From Escherichia phage 1-6bf: a stretch of DNA of 64,000 nucleotides. The stretch lies in sequence record OR983334.1. One strand, given 5' to 3'. Under the pieces are notes generated by a model. The model was not told where the DNA came from, ran no database searches, and saw only the letters and a list, made by a program, of their open reading frames with translations. Positions 32,592-41,544 of this stretch are shown here, piece after piece (positions within the stretch are counted from its first letter, which is position 1; each line of letters begins with the position of its first letter). The translations under genes and the position numbers were made by a program.

Positions 32592-33065
32592 TTAACTCTC
32601 GTCCGCTTCCTCCCCCTTTTCAGCGTCCTCAGAGTTGTCTTCTTCTGGAGGCATAACGTCGATACCAAGTGCTCCAGTCAAGAAGTCCTTGATTTGTGCA
32701 TTCAATGATTCTTCGTTGATTACATTCTCTTCCTCAATCTTAACTTCAACAGAGGCCGCCTTAGGATATACCAGATCTGCAACTTTTGATGCAGCCTTGA
32801 ATCTAAGATCGGGTGGAATATTAGGATCTTCGTAAATTTGAATTAACACTTCATCAGGAGACAAATGACTTGCAGCAACACGGTCCAACATTAATTGTGT
32901 CAGTTTACCTCTACTACCTCTGGGTCGTCCGAATTTATTTCCCTTTTGAAACTTCCCATTGCTTGGGTTCATACCACGGCTTTCGAGTTCTTCCGTTACT
33001 CCGGGTAATCTTCCTGTAATCTCAGCTACCTGTGCAGGCGTGAGTTCTCCGTTTTCTCCAAACAT
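32592..33065 (-). CDS. terminase small subunit candidate
   Basis: 157 aa directly upstream of TerL; HTH-like LTPAQVAEITG; acidic C-terminus. Confidence 0.45.
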   Translation of the reverse strand: MFGENGELTPAQVAEITGRLPGVTEELESRGMNPSNGKFQKGNKFGRPRGSRGKLTQLMLDRVAASHLSPDEVLIQIYEDPNIPPDLRFKAASKVADLVYPKAASVEVKIEEENVINEESLNAQIKDFLTGALGIDVMPPEEDNSEDAEKGEEADES

Positions 33066-33076
33066 TTTATACTCCT

Positions 33077-33085
33077 TCTACATTA
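33077..33085 (-). promoter_or_regulatory. TAATGTAGA variant of late motif
   Basis: GATAATGTAGAAGGAG upstream of TerS-candidate ATG, after a hairpin + T-run. Confidence 0.3.
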
Positions 33086-33121
33086 TCAACAACACAAAAA
33101 GCCTCCCAATGGAGGCAAATA

Positions 33122-33754
33122 TTACTTACAATCACCAACGGACAGGTTAAACATCTTACCTAGAGCAATCGTCTCACCTTCCCACGGAAGTTCTACACCC
33201 TTCTCTTCCTCTAAAAGAATAGAGCCGTCGACCAAAAATTTTTCGTAGTCTCGCAGTGCGTCGTCTACTAGCTCACTCTTGTGAATCCACGTAATTGTTT
33301 CTGTACCATCCTCTTCGATTCGAACATCACGATGCCATTCATCTTTGGAGGTAATGTAATCATGGAGCATTTCATATTCAGCTTCTTCAATCATCTCAAT
33401 CATTGCACGAGCGTAGTCAGGGAGATGATCATGTTTAGTAGATTCGTATTCAACTACTTCCAGAGTGGACGGTGCTGATTTAGTTTTAGAATTAGGGCGA
33501 GTAGTATGAATCAAGTCTAACATGTTTTTGTTCTCCGTAATATTTGGTTTAAGAATGCTTCCACTATATAAATCTTGTACAGCCAGTCCTGAAACATTTC
33601 CCATAGTTTCTAAATGTTGTAAGCTACAACCAGAACGACACAGCTGTGAATTATACTCGTTAAGGTCCATCGCTTTAGTGTGGAAAGGAGAACCAGAAGG
33701 GAAGCTACCTCCATAAACACCTTCCATATTAACTGCGATTATTTTATTATTCAT
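33122..33754 (-). CDS. hypothetical protein
   Basis: ORF with AGGGAGAG RBS before ATG at 33754. Confidence 0.45.
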   Translation of the reverse strand: MNNKIIAVNMEGVYGGSFPSGSPFHTKAMDLNEYNSQLCRSGCSLQHLETMGNVSGLAVQDLYSGSILKPNITENKNMLDLIHTTRPNSKTKSAPSTLEVVEYESTKHDHLPDYARAMIEMIEEAEYEMLHDYITSKDEWHRDVRIEEDGTETITWIHKSELVDDALRDYEKFLVDGSILLEEEKGVELPWEGETIALGKMFNLSVGDCK

Positions 33755-34013
33755 CTGTCTCTCCCTTGCTGTAATCTTTAAATGTTTCATATTTGTACGA
33801 TGCAAATGCTCTGAAGAATAGCCAACCTAAACTGCTAACATCCATCGTAACATCAAAATCTGTTTCATCATCCAAGTCAACCAGACGACCAATACAAGTG
33901 AGTTCCATAATCTCACCATCTCCATACTTATCAGAGGATTCTTTGATGAAGGCACATTTCTCCGTTCTGAACCGTGGAATCAACTCTGATAAAAAGTCTA
34001 ATACTAAATTCAT
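33747..34013 (-). CDS. hypothetical protein
   Basis: 88-aa ORF, GAGGAG RBS. Confidence 0.4.
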   Translation of the reverse strand: MNLVLDFLSELIPRFRTEKCAFIKESSDKYGDGEIMELTCIGRLVDLDDETDFDVTMDVSSLGWLFFRAFASYKYETFKDYSKGETDE

Positions 34014-34156
34014 AATTCTTCTCCTCTGAATAAGAGTATAAAGGGCACATCATAAGACCTACCCGTAAAGGCACCCTCACATTGACACCCGTGAGCATAC
34101 CTGTATTCATTTTCGTAGTCTTCTTCAGAGAAGCTACCATATTCATCTTCAGTCAT
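34010..34156 (-). CDS. small acidic protein
   Basis: 48 codons (MTEDEYGSFSEEDYENEY...), AGAGGG RBS, ATGA overlap with next gene. Confidence 0.3.
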   Translation of the reverse strand: MTEDEYGSFSEEDYENEYRYAHGCQCEGAFTGRSYDVPFILLFRGEEL

Positions 34157-34178
34157 AAATCCCTCTGATAAAGTTAAG

Positions 34179-34235
34179 ACATAAAGGGGACTTCATGTTA
34201 AGGCACCCCCATAAAGGCCATGTCACGTTAAGGCT
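34179..34235. repeat. two tandem copies of a 27-bp direct repeat ATAAAGG-N10-GTTAAGGC
   Basis: ACATAAAGGGGACTTCATGTTAAGGCA and CCATAAAGGCCATGTCACGTTAAGGCT, read directly. Confidence 0.4.
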
Positions 34236-34434
34236 TATCCACCCACGTACTGAATCTCAACTTACCACATTCCTTACACTTCCATGTTGATAGATACAAA
34301 CCATGTATTCTTTCATCCCCGTAAGCTTTACGAAGAAGATAGTAATTGTGCTTACACTTCATCCGTCTAAATACTTTAATTAGATTCATTAAGTCCTCTC
34401 TTAAGCTTAAATCCACAACATAAAGTTGGGGCAT
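34228..34434 (-). CDS. small zinc-ribbon protein, first gene of - strand block
   Basis: 68 aa with CxH ... CxxC pattern (MKCKHNYY ... WKCKECGK). Confidence 0.4.
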   Translation of the reverse strand: MPQLYVVDLSLREDLMNLIKVFRRMKCKHNYYLLRKAYGDERIHGLYLSTWKCKECGKLRFSTWVDKP

Positions 34435-34559
34435 ATTCTTATATATAAGAGTTTAAAATTCTGATTTGGCCGAGTGGGGCTAGCCGCTTCCCGCGCGTTT
34501 CCTAAAAAGGGGGAGTCCTCATTTAAAAAAGGGTTATTGGCAATGCCTTTACCTTCCCT

Positions 34560-35050
34560 TTCAACGTTCCACCTTTCCCCGTGCCTACTCCCCGTAGTTA
34601 TTCCCCCGTGTATACTACCCAATACATTACCTACCCGTTTATTTAGTTCCCCTTTAAAGGGTGAGAGAAAGGCTAGCACTGTATAAACTAGTACAGGCAC
34701 AACCATAACAGGTCTGATAATACCGTATTGTTACCGTTCCAATGGCAGCGTTAGCGTCGCATTCCCCCCACAGTTTGAGTGTAAATAGTTTCAATAGTAA
34801 TGATTATGAGTGCAATAATGATGTATGTATTAATTAAGTGGAAAGATAGTAATTAACAGTTATTATATTCTTTTATTACTTTCTTTTTTCAGCGTACATG
34901 AGCGTAGCGAATGGTCTTTGATGTTTGAGTTATACAATTATTTAAGTGGTATATTATTACCGCACTATCTTGCATGTTTCCCCGTGGTCTGTCCTGCGGT
35001 TGTTGTATCCCCGTTTGTCCTGGTCTGTTGGTCTGTTACCCGTAGTGTTA
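34560..35050. repeat. repeat-rich non-coding region (candidate genome terminus/packaging or origin region)
   Basis: tandem TCCCCGT-containing units at about 34576-34640 and again at about 34975-35045, GGTCTGT repeats, AT-rich stretches; no credible ORF. Confidence 0.4.
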
Positions 35051-35154
35051 TAAAGTAACAATAAGAAGTAAGCTGATTCTCTGAGTATGGAAAGTTTAGT
35101 AAATTAAATTCCTTTAGTTTTCAGTAGGATGCAAGAAAGTTAGAAAATAGATGG

Positions 35155-35182
35155 TTGACAGTCTTTTCCTTTAATATATAGT
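35155..35182 (+). promoter_or_regulatory. sigma70 consensus early promoter P1
   Basis: TTGACA-16 nt-TATAGT with A-rich upstream tract, 39 nt upstream of first early ATG. Confidence 0.6.
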
Positions 35183-35220
35183 TGTCGATAGTTGGTTGAA
35201 TTTATCTAAGGAGTAACGAA

Positions 35221-35718
35221 ATGGCTAAAGCAATGCAGGTAGTTAATCTGGCAAGTTATGCACTAGTTGCAGCGATTGGTGTTAGTGCACTGGTCACATC
35301 TCTTTCTGATAAGGCTATCGCTAGTCCTACTCCTACTCCTGCAACTGATGCGGCTAGTGTCTTCTCTAGTTCCATCAATAAGGGTTGGATGATTTGTAAC
35401 GGTGCTGATAGTGATGGCACTTCCATCGTGTTAAAGATGAAATTTAGCAACGTTACTAATGATGGTGTTCTCTTTCAATCTAAAACGCTAGATAATCAGC
35501 CTAACAGTGATTTGGTGCTTAAGCGTACCGATAACGATATGGATATGGTGACATTTGGCACTGTACAACGTTATGAAGACGTTAAAGCCGTTACTAATCT
35601 TGTGAGTTATGGTCCGGTTAATGAGTCGATGATCGCCACAACTGTTTACAATAACGCTGACAACGCTGTTTATACTGTTCACGTTAATTTAGCCAACTGC
35701 ATTAAGGCTAGTAAGTGA
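35221..35718 (+). CDS. early secreted/membrane-anchored protein
   Basis: AAGGAG RBS; N-terminal hydrophobic segment VVNLASYALVAAIGVSALV. Confidence 0.55.
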   Translation: MAKAMQVVNLASYALVAAIGVSALVTSLSDKAIASPTPTPATDAASVFSSSINKGWMICNGADSDGTSIVLKMKFSNVTNDGVLFQSKTLDNQPNSDLVLKRTDNDMDMVTFGTVQRYEDVKAVTNLVSYGPVNESMIATTVYNNADNAVYTVHVNLANCIKASK

Positions 35719-35754
35719 ATAAATTAATTTGCCAATCTTTTGGGAGTATAAATA

Positions 35755-36006
35755 ATGGCTATTAAAGAAGTTGAATTATCTAACGACTTTTCTTGTTTTG
35801 TTGGCGATACTGCTATCATGTTTAATACGCTTGATGGTCAGCTTATCGTGCCTATTATCACTTTTTGCAAAATGGATTTTCAGTCAGCTAAAAAATGGTT
35901 GAAATTTGCTGGCCTTGAAATTACCCGTGCTGATTTTCGTGACATCTATATCAAAGGTGATTTGTCACTGGCTAACCTGTTAAGTGAAAGATTGATACAT
36001 GACTAA
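35755..36006 (+). CDS. early hypothetical protein
   Basis: 83-aa ORF with GGGAG RBS. Confidence 0.5.
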   Translation: MAIKEVELSNDFSCFVGDTAIMFNTLDGQLIVPIITFCKMDFQSAKKWLKFAGLEITRADFRDIYIKGDLSLANLLSERLIHD

Positions 36007-36253
36007 AGAGCATAGCTTTACTATTCCGACTCACAATTATGGTGAGATTGATTTCTCATATACTGATGACTCTGACAAGTGTCTAATCTTGTTTATTGTC
36101 GGCGATAATATTAAGACGGTGAGCTTTCCCGCTGTTGCTTTGATCATGGATACCCTCCTAGCTGGTCAGTATTTGGCGCAACGTCGGATTCTCTTATCGC
36201 TGGAAGAAATCGAACTGCTCAGAGTAGCACTATTTAAGGGTAAAGGCAACTAA
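35999..36253 (+). CDS. early hypothetical protein
   Basis: 84-aa ORF overlapping stop of upstream gene. Confidence 0.45.
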   Translation: MTKEHSFTIPTHNYGEIDFSYTDDSDKCLILFIVGDNIKTVSFPAVALIMDTLLAGQYLAQRRILLSLEEIELLRVALFKGKGN

Positions 36254-36452
36254 TGATTCATGATTATTTTTGGCGTTGCTTGTTCGTTGTTACAGTGGCG
36301 TTATTCGTCGCTGACATGCTTTATTCTTACGTTCTTTAAGGTCTGTTGTGCTGTTTTTGTTTTTTGTTTGTCGTGGGCTTCATTTCTTTAAACTATTTAC
36401 TGATTGTTGCCGCTCTCGATTTGCTTAATCTCAATATTAAAGGTTAATTGCT

Positions 36453-36818
36453 ATGTGGTTTATTAAATTCGTCGTTAAAACGATTGTAGGCTTCTTCCTT
36501 GTCGTTCTCCTGTTAGGTGTCCTGCTGTCAGCTATGGGTAGCGTTAAGGCTGCAACGTTCTCCCCTGCTACGGTTGACGGTTTACAGTGCACCTATATTG
36601 TAGAAAACTATGACACTGGTAAAAAGTCACCTAAAGTTATTATTTTACATGTAAATGATTTCGATCATGTACAATCATATGATAAAACTATTCAACTGGT
36701 AAATGAAACCACTGGTAAGCAAATTACGGTCGATCACTTGATGCGCTCATCGTTGACGCTCTTTGATGAGTCTATGAATGAAATGGCATCCGGTAACGGT
36801 CAATGTGTAAATCCATAG
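36453..36818 (+). CDS. early membrane/secreted protein
   Basis: N-terminal TMD/signal (FVVKTIVGFFLVVLLLGVLLSAMG); AAAGG RBS. Confidence 0.5.
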   Translation: MWFIKFVVKTIVGFFLVVLLLGVLLSAMGSVKAATFSPATVDGLQCTYIVENYDTGKKSPKVIILHVNDFDHVQSYDKTIQLVNETTGKQITVDHLMRSSLTLFDESMNEMASGNGQCVNP

Positions 36819-36893
36819 GCTTAATCTTTCTTCTGTATTGTGCCGTAGTCATGCCTATGGTCATAATCTATCTGATTCTCTAATCCTTCCTGT

Positions 36894-36921
36894 AAGCCTC
36901 CTAGTGAGGCTTTTCTCTTTT
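36894..36921 (+). terminator. rho-independent terminator
   Basis: AAGCCTC-CTAGT-GAGGCTT hairpin + TTCTCTTTT. Confidence 0.5.
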
Positions 36922-37201
36922 ATGAGGTGAGTGTATGCCTTACTCCCTTTTAGCTCGTTGTGATGCGTTTTAGGCCGCTAAATATCGCTTTACAAGCCGT
37001 TTTCTATGATGTATCGCGTGCGCCTGCTCTTTTACCTTCCTATAGTGAAAAAGTTTAAAATAATTTGCTTTACCCTATTGCAATCTCATCTGATTAGCGT
37101 ATACTTCATTTCATCGGGTACGATGTAAAACATACAAGGCAAGAAATTGCCCCGCTCTTTAAAAATCAGGTTAGAAAGTGAAAATATTCTCAAAAAGAGT
37201 A

Positions 37202-37230
37202 TTGACACCGAAAACAGCCTGATATATAGT
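37202..37230 (+). promoter_or_regulatory. sigma70 consensus early promoter P2
   Basis: TTGACA-17 nt-TATAGT, A-rich UP-like tract upstream. Confidence 0.65.
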
Positions 37231-37649
37231 GAGCATAGTCAGCGATGACTTAAAAAATCCCGCTCTTTAAAAACTTATCATCTTGCCCTTTCGCATAGAT
37301 TCACGCGAGATAAGGGAAAGGAATTAAAAGAAGATGATAAAAAGAGTTGCAAACGTGGTTAAAGTAGTCCATACTAACCACAAGTTAGCAGATACACCGC
37401 TAACAAGTTCCCAAATCAACGTATCGCGGGAAAAGTGGCACATAGTGCAGCGAGTAGTTCGGGTGTAGGCGGCCCGTTAATGAATAAGTAAGCCTTAAAT
37501 GTGACAGTGATTAGCAGACACTCTAAAAGGCTAACGCTCTTTAACAATATGAATCATAAGTTAAGCATCACCGCTTAATCTTCAATCAAATAAAGCTGAT
37601 TGATATATCCTCCCAATAGCGGGAACGACGAAAAAAGATTAAAAAGCGG

Positions 37650-37678
37650 TTGACAGCGAAAACAACATGATTCATAAT
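37650..37678 (+). promoter_or_regulatory. sigma70 consensus early promoter P3
   Basis: TTGACA-17 nt-CATAAT, A-rich UP-like tract upstream. Confidence 0.65.
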
Positions 37679-38598
37679 GAGCATCACTTAAGCAAATCAC
37701 CGCTTAAGGAAAGCGTAACAACGGCTAACAGTTGCATAGTGTGAGAAAGCACACTGATAGATTTACCGCTCTTTAATAATTTAAACATTCTCCTATATCG
37801 GTTGAATATGCTGGATGATAATAACCATCGGAAAGCATACCAGATAAAACGGCGTAAAACTCCCTAAATTATCAGGGTAAACAGTTTTACATTCCCTTAC
37901 TGGAAACGTCACCACTGGTAAACGGATTCATTGAGTGCACGCAAAGGCTTAAGCTAATCGCCCACGGTTAAGGGTAGCGGCGGTCATCGCTAACAAGGCG
38001 CTACAGTGAAAGAAGTTAATCAGGGTAGGCAATCCCGACGAATTAACGCCCAATTGAGGGCGGCGGGGAGTGGTTAAAAGTGGCAAATTGCTATTTAACA
38101 ATAAGGTTTAGTGTGAACGTTTACGATGTGAACGGCTTGAGATTCATCTTATGATGAAAGTACATAGTCGGGTAATGTAGTAAACTCGCTGAAAGATATA
38201 AAACGTCGGAATATTAGGCGGTTAGTGACTCTTTCGCAATAGTATCCCGTAGTGGGCGATGACTAGCGATAGAGAGCTGATATAAAAGGATAGGCGAGAG
38301 CGAAAGCAAAGTGGACGATATTGCCGACGGTTACAATAATGTAACTAATTAGAGTCGGACACACAGCCTTATTGTGATGATTGATCATCGCTATCAGGTC
38401 GGCTTCGTTTATAGCGACTAATTAAAGATACCAGATGAAACATCACGGATAAGGGGGCGGCAAGGTTAACTCCTGATAAGACCGCCCCGCTTACCTATAA
38501 CTACTTAACAACGAGTGGTTATAGTTAAGTTAATAGTGACTTAAACAAGCTCATAGAGAGCGGGGCAATAGCGCCCTTACAATTGAAAGGTGAATATC

Positions 38599-39498
38599 AT
38601 GGCTAAAATCTTTACTCTGGTTAACGAATCCGGTTTTAATGCTCTGGCTAACAACATTCGCAGTAATAACGCGGCGATCAAACAAGATGTTTCTAACTTC
38701 CTGTTAGGGCACTTACAGCACTTCCGCAGTAATGGTAAGAAGCTGGACGTATTGCAGGCGGCGGTTGACTTCTTGTTAACTGAACGTTTCCGTGATATGG
38801 ATGTTATTGCCACTGCAATTACTTTCTTAACTCCTATCAAGTTTAACACTGATGCGGCAAACGGTCGTAAAAAGTGGATTAATCTGGAAGGTGAAGCGAA
38901 AGCGAAAGAAGATGCGAAAGAAGCGCAAATTAAGGCCAAAATGGAACAAAATCGAGCTCGCTGGTCAAATGCTTTCGAAAATTTTGCCCTCGGTCGTGAA
39001 ATTGAAGTCGATAACCCTAACTTTTACAAGGGTTGCAATGACAACGTAGCGGCACACCTGCAAATACCTGCGAAAAACAAGGAAGATTTTAATCAGGATA
39101 TTTACGCTTTAGTTGAACGCTTGAATGCAATCCGTATCGAAGCCAAATTGCTGGCTGATGAGCGCAACGGCGCTACTAGCGATAATACTATCGCCTTAAG
39201 TGAAGAAGTCGGCAAGGTTAAAAAGTCTTTCGACTCACTCATCAAGAAAGTAACGGCCTCAACGGTAGCGATCTCCGATGACTATCTGATGAACGCATCA
39301 AGCAAGGAATTAGAATCCCTCGATTCATACGCTGATGAAATGGAAAAGACTATCGCAGCTATGCAGGAGAAGTTAGAAGGACTGCGCAGTCGTATCTCTT
39401 CAACGGTTGCTACCCGTACCGAACAAGCGGCGAAAGCAGAAGAGGAAGAAGTATTGCGTAAAGCGGCTGAAATTATGGCGGCACGCCAAGCGGCATAA
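38599..39498 (+). CDS. early protein, alpha-helical/coiled-coil
   Basis: 299 codons, AAAGG RBS, followed by terminator. Confidence 0.6.
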   Translation: MAKIFTLVNESGFNALANNIRSNNAAIKQDVSNFLLGHLQHFRSNGKKLDVLQAAVDFLLTERFRDMDVIATAITFLTPIKFNTDAANGRKKWINLEGEAKAKEDAKEAQIKAKMEQNRARWSNAFENFALGREIEVDNPNFYKGCNDNVAAHLQIPAKNKEDFNQDIYALVERLNAIRIEAKLLADERNGATSDNTIALSEEVGKVKKSFDSLIKKVTASTVAISDDYLMNASSKELESLDSYADEMEKTIAAMQEKLEGLRSRISSTVATRTEQAAKAEEEEVLRKAAEIMAARQAA

Positions 39499-39521
39499 GT
39501 AAGACAATTCAAATAAGCATA

Positions 39522-39557
39522 AGGCGCTATCTTAACGGGTAGCGCCTTTTCTTTTAT
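39522..39557 (+). terminator. rho-independent terminator
   Basis: AGGCGCTA-loop-TAGCGCCT hairpin + TTTCTTTTAT. Confidence 0.5.
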
Positions 39558-39609
39558 CAGTGCATTGATTCAGTGCATTAATCAAAGAATCTAATCAAAG
39601 GTGACGATC

Positions 39610-39828
39610 ATGTTAATTACACATACCACGATCTATAGGAATCTTGTCAACGGTCAACATTACCGCCTATCTAAAAAGTATGGCGTTGAATGTAAATGTG
39701 TTATTACCGGTGAATGGTATCCGTCTCCAATGAAGATTGAGACGTTGGAACGTGAAGCGATCAGCTATATTATCACGCAAGAAACAACGTTAGGCCGTAT
39801 CTTAAGAAAGTTGGGATTAAGAAAATGA
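39610..39828 (+). CDS. hypothetical protein
   Basis: AAAGGTGA RBS before ATG 39610. Confidence 0.45.
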   Translation: MLITHTTIYRNLVNGQHYRLSKKYGVECKCVITGEWYPSPMKIETLEREAISYIITQETTLGRILRKLGLRK

Positions 39829-40049
39829 TATTCAGTAGCAATTTTGGTAAGTGTCCTATTTGTGAGAAACATCGCAGCACGGGAAACCATCGCAAATGTA
39901 GTAAGATATTACAGCGCCAACGTGATGACAATCATTGGGATACTGTACACGCTAATCAGCGTAAAGAAGAAGTTAGAAAAATGGCTGTTAAAGCGTCCTT
40001 TGCTCAATCCACCCGTATTGAACACATCCAAAGGTATCAAGCATTATGA
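39825..40049 (+). CDS. hypothetical Cys/His-containing small protein
   Basis: 74-aa ORF, CPICEKH ... HRKC pattern. Confidence 0.45.
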   Translation: MIFSSNFGKCPICEKHRSTGNHRKCSKILQRQRDDNHWDTVHANQRKEEVRKMAVKASFAQSTRIEHIQRYQAL

Positions 40050-40255
40050 TCACTAATATTTCAGAGTTTAAGAAAGCTCCCTCCCGACTGTTAGGTCGTC
40101 GTGTTGTATATCTTTACAGCAACAAAGGTAAATGCACAACCGGACGAATTACAACGGTGAGTAGTGCCAATAAGAAACTACTAAAGTTGTGTGTAACTAT
40201 GGATGACGGTACAATCCTTCTACGTAGTTGGAAATCGTTTAGTTTACTTGATTAA
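40046..40255 (+). CDS. hypothetical protein
   Basis: 69-aa ORF with ATGA overlap. Confidence 0.45.
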   Translation: MITNISEFKKAPSRLLGRRVVYLYSNKGKCTTGRITTVSSANKKLLKLCVTMDDGTILLRSWKSFSLLD

Positions 40256-40324
40256 GTTATTTGTTCAAGCCTATCGCCTTGATGGGCTTGCCCGATATAA
40301 CTTATCACTGAAAGGAATAAGATT

Positions 40325-40768
40325 GTGGCTAAATCTAAAATCAGCATGAAGGGCGGTCGTTGTTTTTCTATTTCTGAATTGGAGAAAGAGAAGCCAAAGG
40401 CAACCAATCACGTTAGTAAGCGTAGTTTAAAACGTCGTGCTGCAAAGGCTGAAGCTGAATCCCATGTTCCTTCTAGTGTGGCAAAACGTGTAGGCCATCG
40501 TGTCCATCGTGCTGATGCGTTGTTGTTAGCTGATCATAAACGTTCTTTGTTACAGAGCGGGGGCGCTAAAACAGAAGAAGAGAAGAAGTTAGAAATCTTC
40601 TGTAATGGTCGCACCCGTGGTAAGCAGAAGTTTAAAGGTAGCACGAAAGACCCGCAAGCATTCCCTAAGACAAGTCAGTGTGCGCCTGATGTTTTCTACG
40701 CAGATAGTAAACATAAATGGGGCGTTGAGAAATACATTGACCCCATCAAAGAGGCGAGGGTAAAATGA
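40325..40768 (+). CDS. basic protein, possible nucleic-acid binding
   Basis: 147 aa, Lys/Arg-rich, GTG start with AAAGGA RBS. Confidence 0.45.
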   Translation: MAKSKISMKGGRCFSISELEKEKPKATNHVSKRSLKRRAAKAEAESHVPSSVAKRVGHRVHRADALLLADHKRSLLQSGGAKTEEEKKLEIFCNGRTRGKQKFKGSTKDPQAFPKTSQCAPDVFYADSKHKWGVEKYIDPIKEARVK

Positions 40769-40941
40769 TTTATTCAGAGATTCTAAATAAAGTCAGAGAG
40801 ATGCGGCAAGGTGATGCAGTAGTTGATGTTCTGGTCCATCTGGTAGCATCCTTGCAAGAAGAAAACGAATTGGTTAAACAAGAAAACAAGGCATTAAGGA
40901 AGGCAATAAGTAACCTCTCCAATAGCCTCTCTTTTTAGTAC
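40765..40941 (+). CDS. small coiled-coil protein
   Basis: 58 codons, ATGA overlap with upstream gene. Confidence 0.3.
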
Positions 40942-40994
40942 TATGACGCTCTTTCTGTAGCGTCGTGCCCTCTCCCCATTTGAAGCTTCCGCAT

Positions 40995-41018
40995 AGCCGC
41001 CTTTGAGCGGCTTTTTGC
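40995..41018 (+). terminator. rho-independent terminator (first of tandem pair)
   Basis: AGCCGC-CTTTGA-GCGGCT + TTTTT. Confidence 0.5.
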
Positions 41019-41079
41019 GTTGCTGTAAGTGCATTTGCGAGTGTATTTATAGCAACGGTCATGTGTTGCTTTCAGGTTT

Positions 41080-41106
41080 GCCCCGGCTACGGCTGGGGCT
41101 TTTTTA
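41080..41106 (+). terminator. rho-independent terminator (second of tandem pair)
   Basis: GCCCCGGC-TACG-GCTGGGGC + TTTTTTAT. Confidence 0.6.
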
Positions 41107-41154
41107 TGCCCGTAAAACAGGAGGTAGCAAGTTCTGATAACAACGGCCCAGCTA

Positions 41155-41544
41155 ATGTTGACATTGACTATTTATTATGAGGCAGGGAATCAGCCAACCG
41201 CATGTAAGGCTTTAGTTGCGGATACCGTGATAAATAGAATGGCCCAACGAAAACTGACCGCTGAACAGGTGATAAGACAAAAGAACCAGTTTGAGTGGAT
41301 TCCGGTACTATTAAAACAGGAGAAACCTTATAAACGTTATGTAAAGCTGATTCGTGATAAAAATCCGATGACTAAACAAGCCATTGGAGAAAGCGAGCGG
41401 TTAGCTAAACGTGCCCTTAAGAAGAATTATGTTCCTCTGTATAGTGGGACTTACTTTCAGAGTAAGAGCGAAGGGGTGCCAAAATGGTATGCCAATCCTA
41501 TGTATTGTGGTGATTTAGTGTTCGATAATAGCTCTAGGGAATAA
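41155..41544 (+). CDS. SleB/CwlJ-like cell-wall hydrolase domain protein
   Basis: TIYYEAGNQPTACKALVADTVINRMA and C-terminal YFQSK ... CGDLVFDN resemble the Hydrolase_2 fold; no close RBS. Confidence 0.4.
   Translation: MLTLTIYYEAGNQPTACKALVADTVINRMAQRKLTAEQVIRQKNQFEWIPVLLKQEKPYKRYVKLIRDKNPMTKQAIGESERLAKRALKKNYVPLYSGTYFQSKSEGVPKWYANPMYCGDLVFDNSSRE

Noticed and set aside
34407-34706. ORFs 34407-34706 (-) and 34474-34686 (+) in the terminus-like region
   Set aside because: They lie over C-rich tandem repeats, have Pro/Leu/Ser-rich low-complexity translations and no RBS; more likely non-coding repeat sequence.
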